This document shows positions 27,671 to 41,849 of a stretch of 64,000 bases of DNA, one piece after another. Position numbers and translations under genes: made by a program. How positions within the stretch are numbered: position 1 is the first letter of the stretch; every line of letters begins with the position of its first letter. This DNA comes from Octopus sinensis. Lineage: Eukaryota. The stretch spans positions 124,001 to 188,000 of the forward strand of contig NW_021835997.1 in assembly GCF_006345805.1 (NCBI RefSeq), in the 5' to 3' direction. The notes beneath the pieces are model-generated. The model did not search any database, had not been told where the DNA came from, and saw only the letters and a program-made list of their open reading frames with translations.

Positions 27671-27935
27671 TGAGTTCGGCAAGTCTCTGATATGGGATGC
27701 GACGTGTTCAGACACTTTCTCGGAGCTTAATCTTCATTCTTCAGCTGTCGAGGCTGGCTCAGTCTATCGCAAAACCGAGAAGATGAAGATCGGAAAGTAC
27801 AAGAAGCTCTCTTAACGATATCTGTTCACTCCTATCGCCGTCGAGACTTTCGGCGTCATCGGCGAAAAGTCTCTCTCCTTTTTAAAAAAGCTTGGCCGCA
27901 TGATCTCCCATAAACGGGGAGACCCAGGCGACTCG
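27632..27935 (+). mobile_element. CRE RLE fragment, copy B
   Basis: DGKRPDG..WDATCSDT..PIAVETFG, paralogue of 10950-11255. Confidence 0.83.
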
Positions 27936-30900
27936 GAATTTCAGTGGATATTCGCACAATATTTTTGTATAATTATTGGCAGTTTTTTCAAACAATTCTG
28001 CAGGATTTTCGGGAGATGTGAAGCTAATACACGAATTAATGTATTATCAATATAAAATACACCCAGTGTTATTGACATCTGGAGTACATTAAAAAATATG
28101 AGAGACAAATCAATCAAGGTTGTGTGCTTCCTCGACAACAAGCATTTTAGTGATTTTCGTGGATCACGATATAGCCAGAAAGTAGAGACGCCAAAAAAAG
28201 ACAAATCAAAGACTTAATTTTTCTGGATGTCTGCTATTGATTGATTTTAGTTTTATTTGATTCTTTTTTGATTCCTCGTTATTTTTAATAGATGTCTTGT
28301 TAATAGATAAATCAGAATAAAGATGGAGTAAAAAAATTCAAAAAGATATAAAAAAATCATTATAAAATGTCAAAATAATAAGAGATTGACTTTTAAGGAA
28401 TAAAATCAAAAAAATGATGAAAATGATAAAATTTCAAATTCTGTAATCAGGAAATGAAAGTTCATAAAGATTTATTCCTTACAAATCAAATTAAATAAGA
28501 ATGTAAAAAAGTACACATAAAATACCAACAAACTAAGTCAACTACATGTATCAACGTGTTAAATTTTATTAGGCTTACCTTTAAAAATAGGTTAACCATT
28601 TGTATAATGATTTTAATTTTAATAAATATGAATTTTATTTATATTTTCGAGAAGCTTCTCCTACCAATGTCAGTGAGAAATTGAATCACGGCCTAGCCGA
28701 CGATTCCTGAGGTCTCTATAAACTTAAAACTCTCTCTCTGGATTGTCAATTTTGTGCAGAACTATGCCTTTACTGACGACCTGAGTATCAGATAAGTTTG
28801 ACATTTTTTTAGTGAAGACAGAAGGAATGTGAATATTCTTCATGTCGATCAAGTTACTGTTTACTGAAATGTGCGATGAGACACCTGATTTGGCATTGGA
28901 AATTGACTTGATGTCCCCTTGTAAATTCATTGGGTCTTTCGTTGTTTCTGCGTTGAATCATTTATTGGATTGAGAAAAACTAAAAATCAATGTTTTAAAA
29001 GAGAGAAGAAATATTTTTTAACTGTGGGTTATGGAGGTTTGTTTTCAGCTTGTTATTAGTTTAAGTGTGGAACAACAATACTTTACTTTCAGGAATGCGC
29101 TATCTTTGGCACACAATGTCTGGAGTTCGTTTCTTGGAAGAGCAAGTACTGGAAGGAATTCAAAGTAAGAGAAGTATTTTTTAACTATTTAGTCTTGTCT
29201 ATAACGAAAAAGGGCTGTGTCTTTAAGGGTTAGAATAGAGAGAGTTGACAGAATTAAGAGATTATTCAAAATTGAGTTGAAAATTGAGTCTTGAAAACAA
29301 AAAACTCTAGAAACCGAAACCTTTGATGCAAGGGTGTCAAACGAATTTTGTGCCTCTTTTTAAATAAATATTTTTCCTTTCTTTCGTTACAGTTGAAAGT
29401 TAGCGGCAAGATGAAACATACTTGCGGTGAATGGTGATCAAAAAACACTCATTTCTTTTTCAAGTTCACTGAAAATTTCAAAAAGTGTCTCAAATTGTCA
29501 AATCAGCATTGTCTCAATATCACTTGGGGAAGCTTTTCTAACGAGCCTGCCACAATGAAGGCATCTGCCACGGTTTTCACCTCTGAATACAGATTTTGGA
29601 AAAGTCTGGTCTACCTTGTCAATTGTATTCCATATTTAGCATTTTCAAAAAAATTTGATCCACATAGGAAAGAAACTTTCGAATTTTTGTATTAAAAGGC
29701 ATCCTTGAGTTTTCATCGAATTATCTTAATGGGTAAGTTCCCACTACACTAATTATGTGTGCTAAAATTTAGCAGCTAATAAGAGTCATTAAAGACTCAG
29801 ATTAATATTTTCATGTATACATTCCATTTGATGTTTGCTCAACTCTTCACATTAAACTAGAAAAATGATGACAATTAAATAGTAAATAAATATCCTGCTT
29901 TTAAGATGAACAACAAAGCCGTTTAATTCAAAAAATCATATTACAGAAGCTTAAACCATTACGTGCTATGACTACATCAATGTGAAGGTTATATATATAA
30001 TTATCGGAATAAATGGTTTCGGGCAAATGTAAGTTTATCACCTTCCCAGGAATATTTGCCAAATTCTGATGATTCAAGAATCTGGCAGCATGCACAATTG
30101 AATACTCCACTCATTTGTCCAGTAAATATTCTCCAGTAAGGTGACTGGGGCCTCTTCTTGTTGCTTTTGCCGTTGATAATGTTGCCAGGAATGTATCATC
30201 CGAATTCAACGTTTAGTACTGGATGACTCCACCATAGGCCGTATATCTGAATCCGTCCTTAAGGACTTGAAAATCTTAATCCCTTCATTGGACGCCATTA
30301 TCTCGAAATCAATTCTTATAAATCTTAGATCATAAACATCAATTACGATTCACACCACTTTTCCGATATTCTTCGTTCCTTCAACACACTTTTATTCAGC
30401 ATCAATCGTGTTCACTCAGGATATCGACAAGCCCATTTTTTGTCTCAGACCGTGCGAACTGGCACATTTTTGTTGGCATCAAACAGTAATCAACTTAGTT
30501 TTAATTGTTATGATGCACTCGACGCGGCAGCCCCCTTCATTCCTAGGTTGTCATTAGGACACCCAATCAAGCCAATTAACTTATTCAACACGTTAATCAT
30601 TCACTAATCGATCATTTTACTATTCTTTAAAGTTTGCGATTTATTTATTGTAAAAATATGCTGTTTTTAAAGATGTGAACAGATTTCAAAAAGCGGGCAG
30701 CAATTTGAATGGCTCCTTTTCTATAGAGGATAGATCATTCTATGTTCTGATATAGATCATCGAAGTCATTCGTAGGATCGGGAGTGGCTAACCCTGTATA
30801 TGTTTGTCCAATCTGCGCGGGAACAATGACCTGATTTCATTCGTTCGAGAACATTCTGGAATAAATGGAATGATAATACAATTGGTGATGAAATACATCT

Positions 30901-31796
30901 CAATTGTGCTCTTATTTGGGAGAAGACTGGTTGATGGGAGGCAAAGACAATATCATATCGTTGAGAGAGAAGTTGGCAGTCACTGGAAGGCTGTCTCATC
31001 AGCCTCCAATTTTGTGTTGATCGTAGCATATTGATAGCACAATCTATTCTCTCATTAATTTATTACTCCGAGGCAAGATAAGTTGCTTTCCGTCATCATT
31101 TACCACCACTAAAATATTACTAATATTTCCCGCATAAATTCAAATTTTGTTTGCATTTTTAGGCAACAATTCAGTTAAACTTAATAAGATGATATCTCAA
31201 TTTATAACAAAATAATAGAATATTGACTGGTTTTTTTAAATGACGGCTTTTCGTGGAACAGTATCTTGGTGTCAGTTTCTCTCTGCTGGAAGGTCAGTAA
31301 ATGCTTACGCTGTCGACTGTTCAATGAAATATACAAAATTTAAAAGCTTGCCTGTACAATACATTTCAAAACCGTCTCATTTACGAGAACATATTTTTTT
31401 AACTACGGCAACAAAAATAATCAAATGACTCGTTCGATTAATATAATAAAACTGTTAATTCCCAACTCTTTTAACAGCAACTGTACAGACTACTTTTCGA
31501 AAGCTGTACCGATTACCTTAAAATATATACAGGCCGTTCACCAACTTTTTAAGGGACTACACCCACAGACCTTCATTCTGTGAGTAGTCTAAAATTGGGA
31601 GTCTAACACGTCTATCACAAGATACCTACAAGTTTAGTAGAGGGATTAGAGAATGATCAATCTTTTCACGTTTGTTGGATTCCTCAAGTGGGAATAATTT
31701 CCTGAATAAAGAATCACTCAGGCAGGGTCACCGACCTCGATATTATCAACAATGAACTGCATGATTCTATTTGAACATATCCGGGTTGGAGTTTTG

Positions 31797-32060
31797 GCTG
31801 TATGTGGGGATAAAGCATTCGCTGTATGTGGGGATAAAGCATGCAATTGAGGTGGCACTGTACTGGAAGCAGGCCGAGGAAGGCGAGATGGTGAGCATGT
31901 ACTGCCACGATATTCTCGCACGGTCAATTACGCTCATATCAGAGTTATTGACACTTTTAATAATATTTGTGATTAATTGATGGCCTTGGTTGAGTTTGTG
32001 GGATGTATTTTGATATCCTTCGGTATTCCAGTCGTCGTGTTCTTCGCCTGCATATTACGC
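31797..32060 (+). pseudogene. NSF: NSF extreme 3' remnant, copy B, with a ~143-bp insertion
   Basis: LYVGIKHAIEVALYWKQAEEGEMVS identical to copy A. Confidence 0.8.
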
Positions 32061-33763
32061 AACCCAATCCGCGTGATTGTTTTCCTCTGCAGGCAACGTC
32101 CCCTGTGTGATTGTCTAGTGCACTTTTCTGAATATTTGCAGTGAATTGTCTGCCATCATTTGGTTTATTGGAAGAAATGGAAAGTATCACTTACATTTGA
32201 GTGCACTTTGTTCCCTCCTTCTCCAAGAAGCCGCACGTCTCGTCTTTATCAAGCTAATGCTGTCGCTATTCTGGTTATTTCGTAGGAAAATGTTGAGAAG
32301 GCTGGAAATTGACATCTTTGACCGGGGTCTCAACAAGCCTGGGATCTAATAGGATGCAAGCAAACTTTCAATCTGATTAAAATCTCCCTGCGCCTCGTAC
32401 TAAGGCAATGTATTCCGCACGCGGGTCGTTGTGCCTGCTCTGTTGACTCTTTCGGTTTGCATCCTTTATCGTGCAGGAGGAGTGTTGGGCGATTTCCAGG
32501 GCACCTTCGGTACGCGGCAACGCACAAGCTATCCGCGAGATCTAACCGTTTTCTGGCAATGGTCGCAGATCGGGCTTGTTTTTTGGACTTTTTCTCTTTT
32601 TTAATTAAAAAAACAAAATTAGTTTAATATTGTGCGGAAAAAAATACCCACTAAAAACCACTGGACTATCGTCTCCCGGAATCTGCATTCGGTTGGATTT
32701 ACCACTCAATTAACAAACGAAATCTGAGATGGTCGAAAATATCCTTAGCTCTTCATATGGCCAAATTCACGTCATTTTGTCAGGGTCAGCCTGTAACTTA
32801 CTCGACGAATTATCCTAAAATCGAATTGTGGATGATTATGACAATTTTAATTGAATAAATTAAGTAAATTCGACCATTCAAGCAGACAACTGTTTTTAAT
32901 TACAGAAATAAAAAGGCATATTTGAATAAAAAGGCATAAAAACAAATGATTTAGTTAGTATTTGTTTCAGCAAATGTGCAATTCTTATCAAACAATTCTT
33001 TGATATAAACTTCAAATTGTTCAAATGTCGCAGAACGAATATATTCATAATCAAGCTCCACTATGTCTGGATTCACTATAAGAAATTCGAGGAATTTTTT
33101 GAAATACAAATCTTTTAGCTTCTCATTTATAGAATTAATCTTTTCGTGAAGCGTCTATAAATATAGTAAATATAATCTGATGCATTTTCAAGATATTGTA
33201 TTTTCATACGAATATTGGCTCGATATCTCTGGGCTGCAATTTTATTTTTCTCCTTATTTTTGACTTCCTTCGACATTCAATTACGAAACTGCGACAGTAA
33301 CACTGTTTTATATTTGTCGCAAACGAAGGAAAACTGCGTAAAATGACTAAATACCTATGCAATTTACATAATTTAAACGTTTTTTTTCATTAGTCATTTT
33401 TATTTGCATAAAATATTTAGCAGTTTAAAACTTCAAAAAAAAGATATTAAATTGTTAAATCCAAATAAAAATTGAATGAATTGACTAATGAACTTTTCAA
33501 CTGGCTTTAAGGTCCACGCATAGTTACTGGGTGCTTTTAACTATTGTGTTTATTTAGTATGCAAAAATATTAATGGTTGAGGGAATTCAAGATATAGCCA
33601 GAAAACACGAGGTCAACTCGTACAATTAAATATCAGTCATCCATGCAGTATGGTAACAAAGTCAGAATAAATTATGAACTTAAACATAATTCAATCAACA
33701 TACTTTCTTTGTTCTTATTCAATCAACATACTTTCTTTGTTCTTACTGTATATTCATGTTAAT

Positions 33764-35090
33764 ATTCCGGGTGCCTGAAATCAACACCCATCGACCATCT
33801 GCACTGTGAAACCAACCTCCTCCCGATAGAGGAACATCTAAACATGAGAGGAGCACAATTCCTATTCGCTTCGCGAAAACTCTACCACCCTTGCACTGCC
33901 CTAAACACGCTAAATGACAACGGCCGTGCATTGAAGAACACGCCTGGCAAACTATACTCCCGGGTACTTGCCAAAATCAATGGCCTAAACCAATGTTCAC
34001 AGCCAATGAAAAAAATCCACGACTTCATTTCAACGTCGTCCATTCTAAGGCTGAAGCCTAACTCTGTCCTCAACAAACTTCCTCCGGAAGTTCACCCCTC
34101 CGAAATGCTTCTGGAGCGTTCCGCTCAGATCAACCTTGCTCGTTTCCGCTCGGGCCATCACAACTCACTAAACTCCTACGCTCACTCATTGAACGTCGTG
34201 ATCTCCCGGTATGCAACCTCTGCTGTGCTGAAGATCACTCAACTGATCACCTTCCGTCCGCCCTGTTCTCCCTGTCCGCGGGAAATTTGCTGTCCACTCC
34301 CCCGAGGTCCTTTGGGAGCAACCCGCGAAGGCGCTGTTGTTTCTGCTAGCCGCCGGTCTCATACCCTAATGCAGAGGTTTCCAAATGGGGAGGCGCGCCT
34401 CCCTAGGGAGGCGTTGACTCGTGTCAAGGGAGGCGCGAAAAGTATTTCAGAAACATTTTTTAGAAAATTATATCTATGTAAAAAACGTGACTATATTCCG
34501 ATAATAAGAGTTATTAATTTAAAAATTATATTTTTTCAAAAATTTATTTAATTTATTAGACAATTAAATAATTTTAACACATGGATAAATTCTTGAGTGG
34601 TTGCAAAAGAAAATTCACGAATAATAAAGATTTTGACGATGGTTCAAAAAATCAAAATGATTGGAATATAATCAATACCACTCCAAAGACAAGAAAATAC
34701 TTTCCATCTTAAACGGAATATGAAATTTTGTCGAATAAAGCAATGAAAGTTTTGTTGCCATTTGCTACTTCATATTTATGCGAAACTGGATTTTCTGCAC
34801 TAGCTGCAATTAAATCTAAATATCGAACTCGTTTAGTAGTGACTAATGAGCTAAGAGTAGCACTCTCTGCGATGACACCAAGATTTGAAAAACTTTGCGC
34901 CAAGATGGAAAAAAAATTATCTCATTAACTTTTTGTTTTAAAAAATTGTTTTGATAAAATAATAATTGTATTATATTATGGAATATAAAGGGAGGCGCAA
35001 GATTGTACTTTTTCTCTAAGGGAGGCGCGTAAAAAAAAGCTTGGAAACCTCTGCCCTAATGTGAGACCGGGGTTATGCAACAACAACAAC
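33764..35090 (+). mobile_element. 5'-truncated I/Jockey-group LINE with (CAA)n tail, copy B only
   Basis: 12-bp TSD attcatgttaat (33752-33763 / 35091-35102); empty site in A near 19214; same family as 48428-50169. Confidence 0.92.
34372..35053 (+). mobile_element. Non-autonomous Buster/Charlie-type hAT nested in the LINE
   Basis: 13-bp TIR CAGAGGTTTCCAA, 8-bp TSD CCCTAATG, dimerisation-domain remnant LLPFATSYLCETGFSAL..KSKYRTRL. Confidence 0.93.
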
Positions 35091-35442
35091 ATTCATGTTA
35101 ATAAATTTTGCAATTTCTGATGTAGCTCTCCACCATATTTTCTTTGTTCTTACTCAGCCTGGACTAATTAAACTTCTTATTCAGATTCTCCCTTCCCGCA
35201 ACAGTCCTTCGTATATACATTTCCAGCTCTGGAAACTGTCTTGACGTAAAGATGAATTCGTTTTAACACCTATGTGGATGTTTAAAAATTATAAATTTTT
35301 TTTAAAAGACGAATTAAATTCAAGTCCTCCCAGTAAAAGCATATAGACAAACATATAATTATAGTTTTTAGTGGAATCACACAAAAATAAGCAAAAAATG
35401 AAAAGAAATAGAAAACCAAACAACATGTAAAAACTCAGGAAA

Positions 35443-36860
35443 CTACAGATAAAACAATTTATCTGAGACTGTGGAATGAGTAGTGGGGGCTTTAGGTGCC
35501 AGACAAAGGCATTCCAGCCAAGTAGGCTAACTTATTAGCATAACCACAGACAGATGGAATGCTAATAGACCCCTGAAAAAAAATATATATAGAGCATACA
35601 GTGAAATTATAATAGACCCACGACAAGCGAAATGTCATTTGTTGAATATCATTAGGATTAATCCCATAATCATCGAATATCACATTGTACTGGACGGGAT
35701 TCACAGTACCCTCTCTCGGAGAATGCGATATAATGTAAAAGTCGTACCTAAAAATATATTCAAAAAAAACCAATTAGGTCTGGTAACTTTCGTATCAATA
35801 ATAGTACCCGGGGGAGGATTATCATATCCATCACGAGTTTTCATGTAAAATCGAACAGAAATTCATAAAAGTGATGGTGGTTCTATTATGAACAGACTGA
35901 AATTACCTGATATCCTCTGTGATTTTGAGAAAGTTCAGTGCATCAGCTATTCCGCATCTAATTTGTTGGATTTCGTCGTCGTGCACTGCCTGTAATTGAC
36001 CATCTCCAACCCCCTTCGCGGTAAACAAAAAGATGAGTCGGAAAAACATTATGATTGGCGTAGTACCATTTTTATATGCAATTCAAATGATCTCAATTGA
36101 TAACTTACCCCACTGTAGACAGATTCCATTCAAACTAGCCACAAATGCAGCCGCAGACTAATCTCGCCTCTTAGCATCGTGATAAGTATCTATGCCTATA
36201 AACATACTACTCTTCCGCAACTAGAATATTAAAAAACCAATGTATCGAATTAGGGAACTTAGTACCCCATGGCTGACTTCACATTTTTGCGACCATTTGC
36301 GGCAGGACTTTAACAACCAAAGTTGTGATGTCATCTTTCGAGAAATTGTGCCGCAAAAGGACTTGGGTAGGAAATAAAAAATAAAAAACGAAAATAACCA
36401 GGAGTTTGAATACAAGACTGTATCTTGATAGAATTATATCGAGCGGGGGCTTCGTTTGGAAGAATGCAAACAATCAAACTAGAAGTCTTTGCATACCTCG
36501 CAATCTCATCACAATAATCCTGTAATGAATCTCCCGAAAGAAGTATACTAAACAAATGTGGTCTAAACACAAACATCGATCCGTTTTCAAAGCTGATTCC
36601 CATTTTGTTTCCAGTAGTACGGAAGATAGACCACACATTATGAGCTATTCTCTCCGTGGACGAGAGGCACAGGAGGCGAACACACTTTTCGGTGTCTGGT
36701 GAAACCAACAATTGCTTTTTGAAGAGAAGATCCCCAAAAGCATTTCTATCCATCCGTTCCTAAAACATGACCAACCCCACAACTTCATCTTTCCAATCGT
36801 TGAAATATAAAGCCTGATGTCGAGATTAATCAATTCCAAAGCATTCGGGTATTTAATAGT
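35443..36860 (-). pseudogene. PIWI: PIWI MID+PIWI fragment, copy B
   Basis: Paralogue of 19565-21035; keeps the canonical KLFYL* end but has YANKL instead of YAHKL and an internal deletion. Confidence 0.92.
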
Positions 36861-37292
36861 TTTAAGTTAAAAATGATTTTCAAACTGTGTTATAAACAAA
36901 ATCAAATGAAAGGCAAATTGACTGAGGTCATCCAGACTGAACTAAAAAGATTAAACTCAACAGTAGGTAAATGCTTTTAAAGATTTAGAAGAGAATAAGT
37001 AAAGCTTTTTCCGCCATAAGGTTAAAATAGGAATTACAAAAAGTGAAAAACCTCGAAAACGGACACAAAATTAAAAACGGGTAATTAGACAATTGCTTTT
37101 CTGGTCCTTTGGTCAATAAAAAGTTTAAAATTCAAGTACAGTAGTATGTCTTGACTTAACATGCATGAGCCATTTAGGATCTAAAAAAGTCTGTAATTAC
37201 CTTTTGCGGAAAAAGTACAGTCCTTTTTGTTTTTTTTGATTCCCCAAACTTTATATGTGTCGGAGGTTTTCATAGGATCACATAGTCTACAG

Positions 37293-39759
37293 CAGGGGTT
37301 CTCAAGTGCGGCCCTCGGGGAATCTTTTTTGCGGCCCCGACTTCCAAATTAAAATAATTTTGGGATATAAAATTAATTGTAAATTAATATTATTAAAGAT
37401 AATATTTTAACTACACGTGTTGTAAATATATATTCAGGTTGAGTATTTTTTCATGCCATCCAAAGAAATATCGAAACATTATCTCAAGAATAAGAAAAAT
37501 TGAAGAAGAATTCAAATTGGATGGACGAAAAGTTTATTTCGGCCCTCGGGGAATCTTTTTTGCGGCCCCGACTTCCAAACTTTAAAATAAATTTTGGATA
37601 TAAAATTAATTGTAAATTAATATTATTAAAGATAATATTTTAACTACACGTGTTTGTAAATATATTTCAGGTTGAGTATTTTTTCATGCCATCAAAGAAA
37701 TATCGAACATTATCTCAAGAAAATAGAGAATTTCAAATTGAATGGGAAATTGAATGGGAAGAAAAGTTTTTTTTTCGTTGAACTGAATGGTAAAGCTGTT
37801 TGTTTGATATGCAAACTGTGTCATTAATTCATTGAAAAATTATACTATTGAACGTCATTATAAGAAGCACTCCGAAATATACAATTTATATCTCGGAGAG
37901 TCAAGGAAAAAAAACTCAATATATAAAGACGTCATTTAAAATCAGTCCTCAATATTTAAACCAGTGGAAAATAAGCATCAGTTATTAACGTCTTATAAAA
38001 TTAGCCACTTCTTGCTGTAAATATGAAACCTTATTCTGACGGAGAAATTATTAAAACTGCTATTTCCATTTTTGTGATGAATGTTGTCCGTCAAATATAC
38101 AAAATATTGCAAAACGATTACCATTAAGTAATGATACTATTACAAGAAGAATAGAATGTATTTTTGAGGACCTTGCCCGTCAGCTAATCAAGTTCTTTAC
38201 TATTAAAATAATTTTTATAGAACATCGAAAGATTTTTTATATCATTCTTTTGCTGTCGACACGAGTAAAGATATCTCTGATACCGAACAAATGGTCGTAT
38301 GCATTAGAGGTGTCACTTCGGATTTTAAAATTTCTGAAGAATTTTTTCTCTTCGTTCATTAAAAGGCACTACAAAAGGAATGGATGTACTTAACGAATTC
38401 CTTGAAAGTATTAAAGAATTTGACATTGATCCTTCCAAAATAATTTCCATATGTACTGATGGGGGGGCGAATATGATTGGTCGTAATAAAGGGTTTCATG
38501 GACTTTATTCAGAATGGAGACTTGAAAAAAATCTTGATCCTATATTTTGGCAACATTGTATCATTCATCAGGAGAATATAATCGCAAAGTCACTTAAAAT
38601 GCAAAATGTAATAAGTACGGTGTTGTCCATTGTGAATTGGATACGCGGTAAATCTCTCAATCACAGGAGATTTAAAAAAATGTTAGTGGAAATTGACACA
38701 GTGCATAATGATGTGCTTTACCATACCACTGTTCGATGGTTGAGTCGTGCCGCGTGCCTCAAAAGGTATATTTGCTTGAATAGAAGTTAGATTTTATGAA
38801 CTACTCCCTCAAATAAGAGAATTTGTTAAAGACCACAAATACCATGATTTGTTGAGCAGTAAAGAGTGGATTGCCGATTTAGCTTTTTGGGTAGATCTAA
38901 CCTCTCATTTATCGTCGTTAAATTGTGAATTACAGGGGAAATATAAATTTTGCCATCAACTCTATGGATCTATTGCTTCTTTTATATCAAAATTAAAACT
39001 TTGGAGGGATCAAATAATGCTCAAAGATACAATTCATTTTACTTGTTTGAGTGAAAATAAAGCTAACGGTTCATTTGAAAAATATACTACCATTATCAGT
39101 CACCTTATTGTTGAATTTGAAAAACGTTCTAAGGTTTATTAAAATTTAGTTTATTTTAAGAATTTTGATGAAATTTTGCCATCAATGAAAATTTTGCAGC
39201 ACCATTCAATATAGATCCTAAGAATGCTCCGCCATCACTCCAATTAGAATTGATAGACCTTCAATCAGATGTGCAATTTACCTCAGTGCAAAAGATTGAA
39301 AATTTAATGGAATTTTATAGTTCACTTCCCAAAGAAAAATATCCGAATATACTCATAAATGCTTATAAATATGCTTCAATGTTCGGATCCACTTATTTAT
39401 GTGAGTCAATTTTCAGTAAAATGATTCACATAAAAAATAAATATCGAAATAAATTGACTGATAATCACTTATGCCAGCTTTTGCGATCTACATGTGCCTC
39501 CTATATTCCGTGTTATGACAAATTAGTTAACAATTAGTTAAAATAGCTAACAATTTTTCGTTTTAGTTAACAATTTTTCGTTTTAGTCATTTTCCTTTAA
39601 TTAATTAAGACTAACTATCTCGGTTTCTGAATAAAAAATGAATCTAAAAAAAAATTAGTTAAAAGTTAATGAAAGTTTTAATTTAATTTATTCTGCGGCC
39701 CCGAAGACAATGGTTAATTATCGATTTGGCCCCGACGTTAAAAAACTTGAGAAACCCTG
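37293..39759 (+). mobile_element. Buster-family hAT (SPIN/GTF2IRD2-like), full length, frameshifted transposase
   Basis: TIR CAGGG(G/T)TTCTCAAGT, 8-bp TSD GTCTACAG, motifs ICTDGGANMIG, HCIIHQE, VRWLSR, FGSTYLCESIFSKM. Confidence 0.94.
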
Positions 39760-40329
39760 GTCTACAGCTAAGAAATTACGTCTTTTAAGTCAAGTCTTGG
39801 TCAGCTTTCTATTTTACTTAATTCTATAATTTTAATCACCACAATTTCAGTTACAAAAGTGTTCATTAAAATGAACCACTTTTTAAGTTGGCTTAAAGCC
39901 AATTTAATAAGTTTTTTGAGTGCTTTTGCGATGAAATTCAAAGATGCCAATTATATCGGACTATATCAGCAATTTGACTTGCGTTTTGACTTTGAGCCAA
40001 ATAATTTTTTCCAGCTTTTGGTAGAAATTTTGTACCAATTATGGGGGTTTGTAACATTTAGGGTATTGAAATTTAATGTTACAAAAGAAGTTTATTGAGG
40101 AATAAACATCCGATGGAAGTTTATTGAAAAAAGAGTTAGATGTCAACCTTTGAATTGTCGAAACAGAAAATAAAAACGTGAATTCTTTTCATTTACTAAA
40201 TATTAGTTCAAGTCATTGATTTTAGGAAAGACCCGAAAGTATTGTTTTGCAGGAGTATTCTTCAGTGAACGACTATTGTCATTTTGCACATATAGAGCGA
40301 TCCCGGGGTGGTAGGATTTACCGAAAAGA

Positions 40330-41560
40330 GTTTATTTCAGGCATCTGAATATCCATAAACTTGTTTCATCTGCAAAAATCAATTTGCCAATTAGAAACTT
40401 CAAGTTTGAACTTACGAAAGTCAATTTTGCATATAAGAAATTTTTCGTCAGAATACATCGAAAATTGTCTCTTTTTATAATTTTTAATATTTTCTTTATA
40501 TCTTCTTATTGAAGTAATGAATTCCGCATCATTGTCATTTTCAATGTTCTCTAGAAGGCTATTTTCAATCTCTGTTAATTTGTAAAGCATTTCAGCCTTT
40601 CTTAATGATTTATGCACTTCTACACAACCCGATTCTTCTTGTTCCTCAATAGAAATTAATTTCTCTTCATCATCAATTGCTTCCTTTTCACTGTAATCAA
40701 TTGAAATAAATTCTTCTATTTCAATTGAATCATAAATATCTGTTTTGCTTACAATGTCAGCTGGTATATTTATGTCAATAATTTGTGTCTTGTAAAATCT
40801 ACTTTGAACGTTTTTATAATGTCCAGATCCATTGGCTGAATAACCCCTGTACTGTATTTTGGAATAAACATTATTTTAATATTTCCCAAATAAAGAGAGG
40901 GACAATGGGATGGGCAATTATCCATTAATAACAAAATTGATCTATTTTCAATAAATTGTCAAAATTCGTAATCCAATTCGCAAAAATTGATGCTGTCATC
41001 CAAGCCCTTTTGGAATTGTAATAAAAAAAGGAATTATAATCATAATTCTTGAAACATCTGGGCAATTTTGGTTTCCGATCAATAGTCGTTTTAACTTATG
41101 TGTTCCTGACATATTGGCGCACAACATGACTAAGACTATCTTTGAAATTTTTATATCCGTAAAAACATGATTTACAAATACTCCAAGATGGAATCAATTT
41201 ATAGAATATTCCTATCTCATCCAAATTGTAAATATTTTCCGACGAGTTACTCTGTGAAACTTCTTCAAAATTTTTTAAAAATTAATCAATATCCACATGT
41301 TTTTCAGTGCGCATTTCTCCATGTAATTTACGCATTCGAAATCCATGTCTTTTTAAATTTATCCAAAAACCCTATGAATTTTTAAAATTAGTTAACGAAA
41401 GTTTTTTAGCGAAAAATTCTGCCCTATGTAATATTAGAGAATCGTTCAATAAAGCAGCCTATATGTCAGAGTAGAAAGTGTACCTTTTGATTCCATTGAA
41501 TCCATCCATTTGACTAATTTTTGATCGAGGTCGGGATATTTTAATTTTTTAAAGTTTTTT
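40330..41560 (-). mobile_element. Degenerate pogo/Tigger transposase remnant
   Basis: LDKFK..GFRMRKLHGE, NIYNLDEIGIFYK, VMLCANMSGTHKL, NSKRAWMTASIF; ends not resolved. Confidence 0.75.
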
Positions 41561-41849
41561 TGTTCAGGAATTTGATTCTTGAAATGATTGAACAAATTAT
41601 ATAATGAATACAAAGTAATGTTCAATATATATTAAAATAGATTTCCGAATTCAACTTTCAACATTGACGGGATACAAAAATTTTACTTTAGTTCATTTCC
41701 TTCAGACTTACGATAATCTTATATGCGATGTAATTTTGACTTTAAAATTGGGTAGAAAGCTAAAAATCTTACACTTCCGGGTTGGTGTTCTGGGTGTATG
41801 ATGAACAAGATGGAAAATCTTACGAATAGGATTTACAGACTTCTTTATG

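Larger units (their letters stand above)
21458..36878 (+). repeat. Segmental duplication copy B
   Basis: Collinear with 3625-21050. Confidence 0.95.

Noticed and set aside
31716-31775. RVTDLDIINNEL resembling OLA1/YchF
   Set aside because: Too short to support a call
37309-37770. ~231-bp tandem duplication of the hAT left subterminal region
   Set aside because: The copies differ by scattered 1-bp indels typical of a noisy long-read segment; may be an artefact
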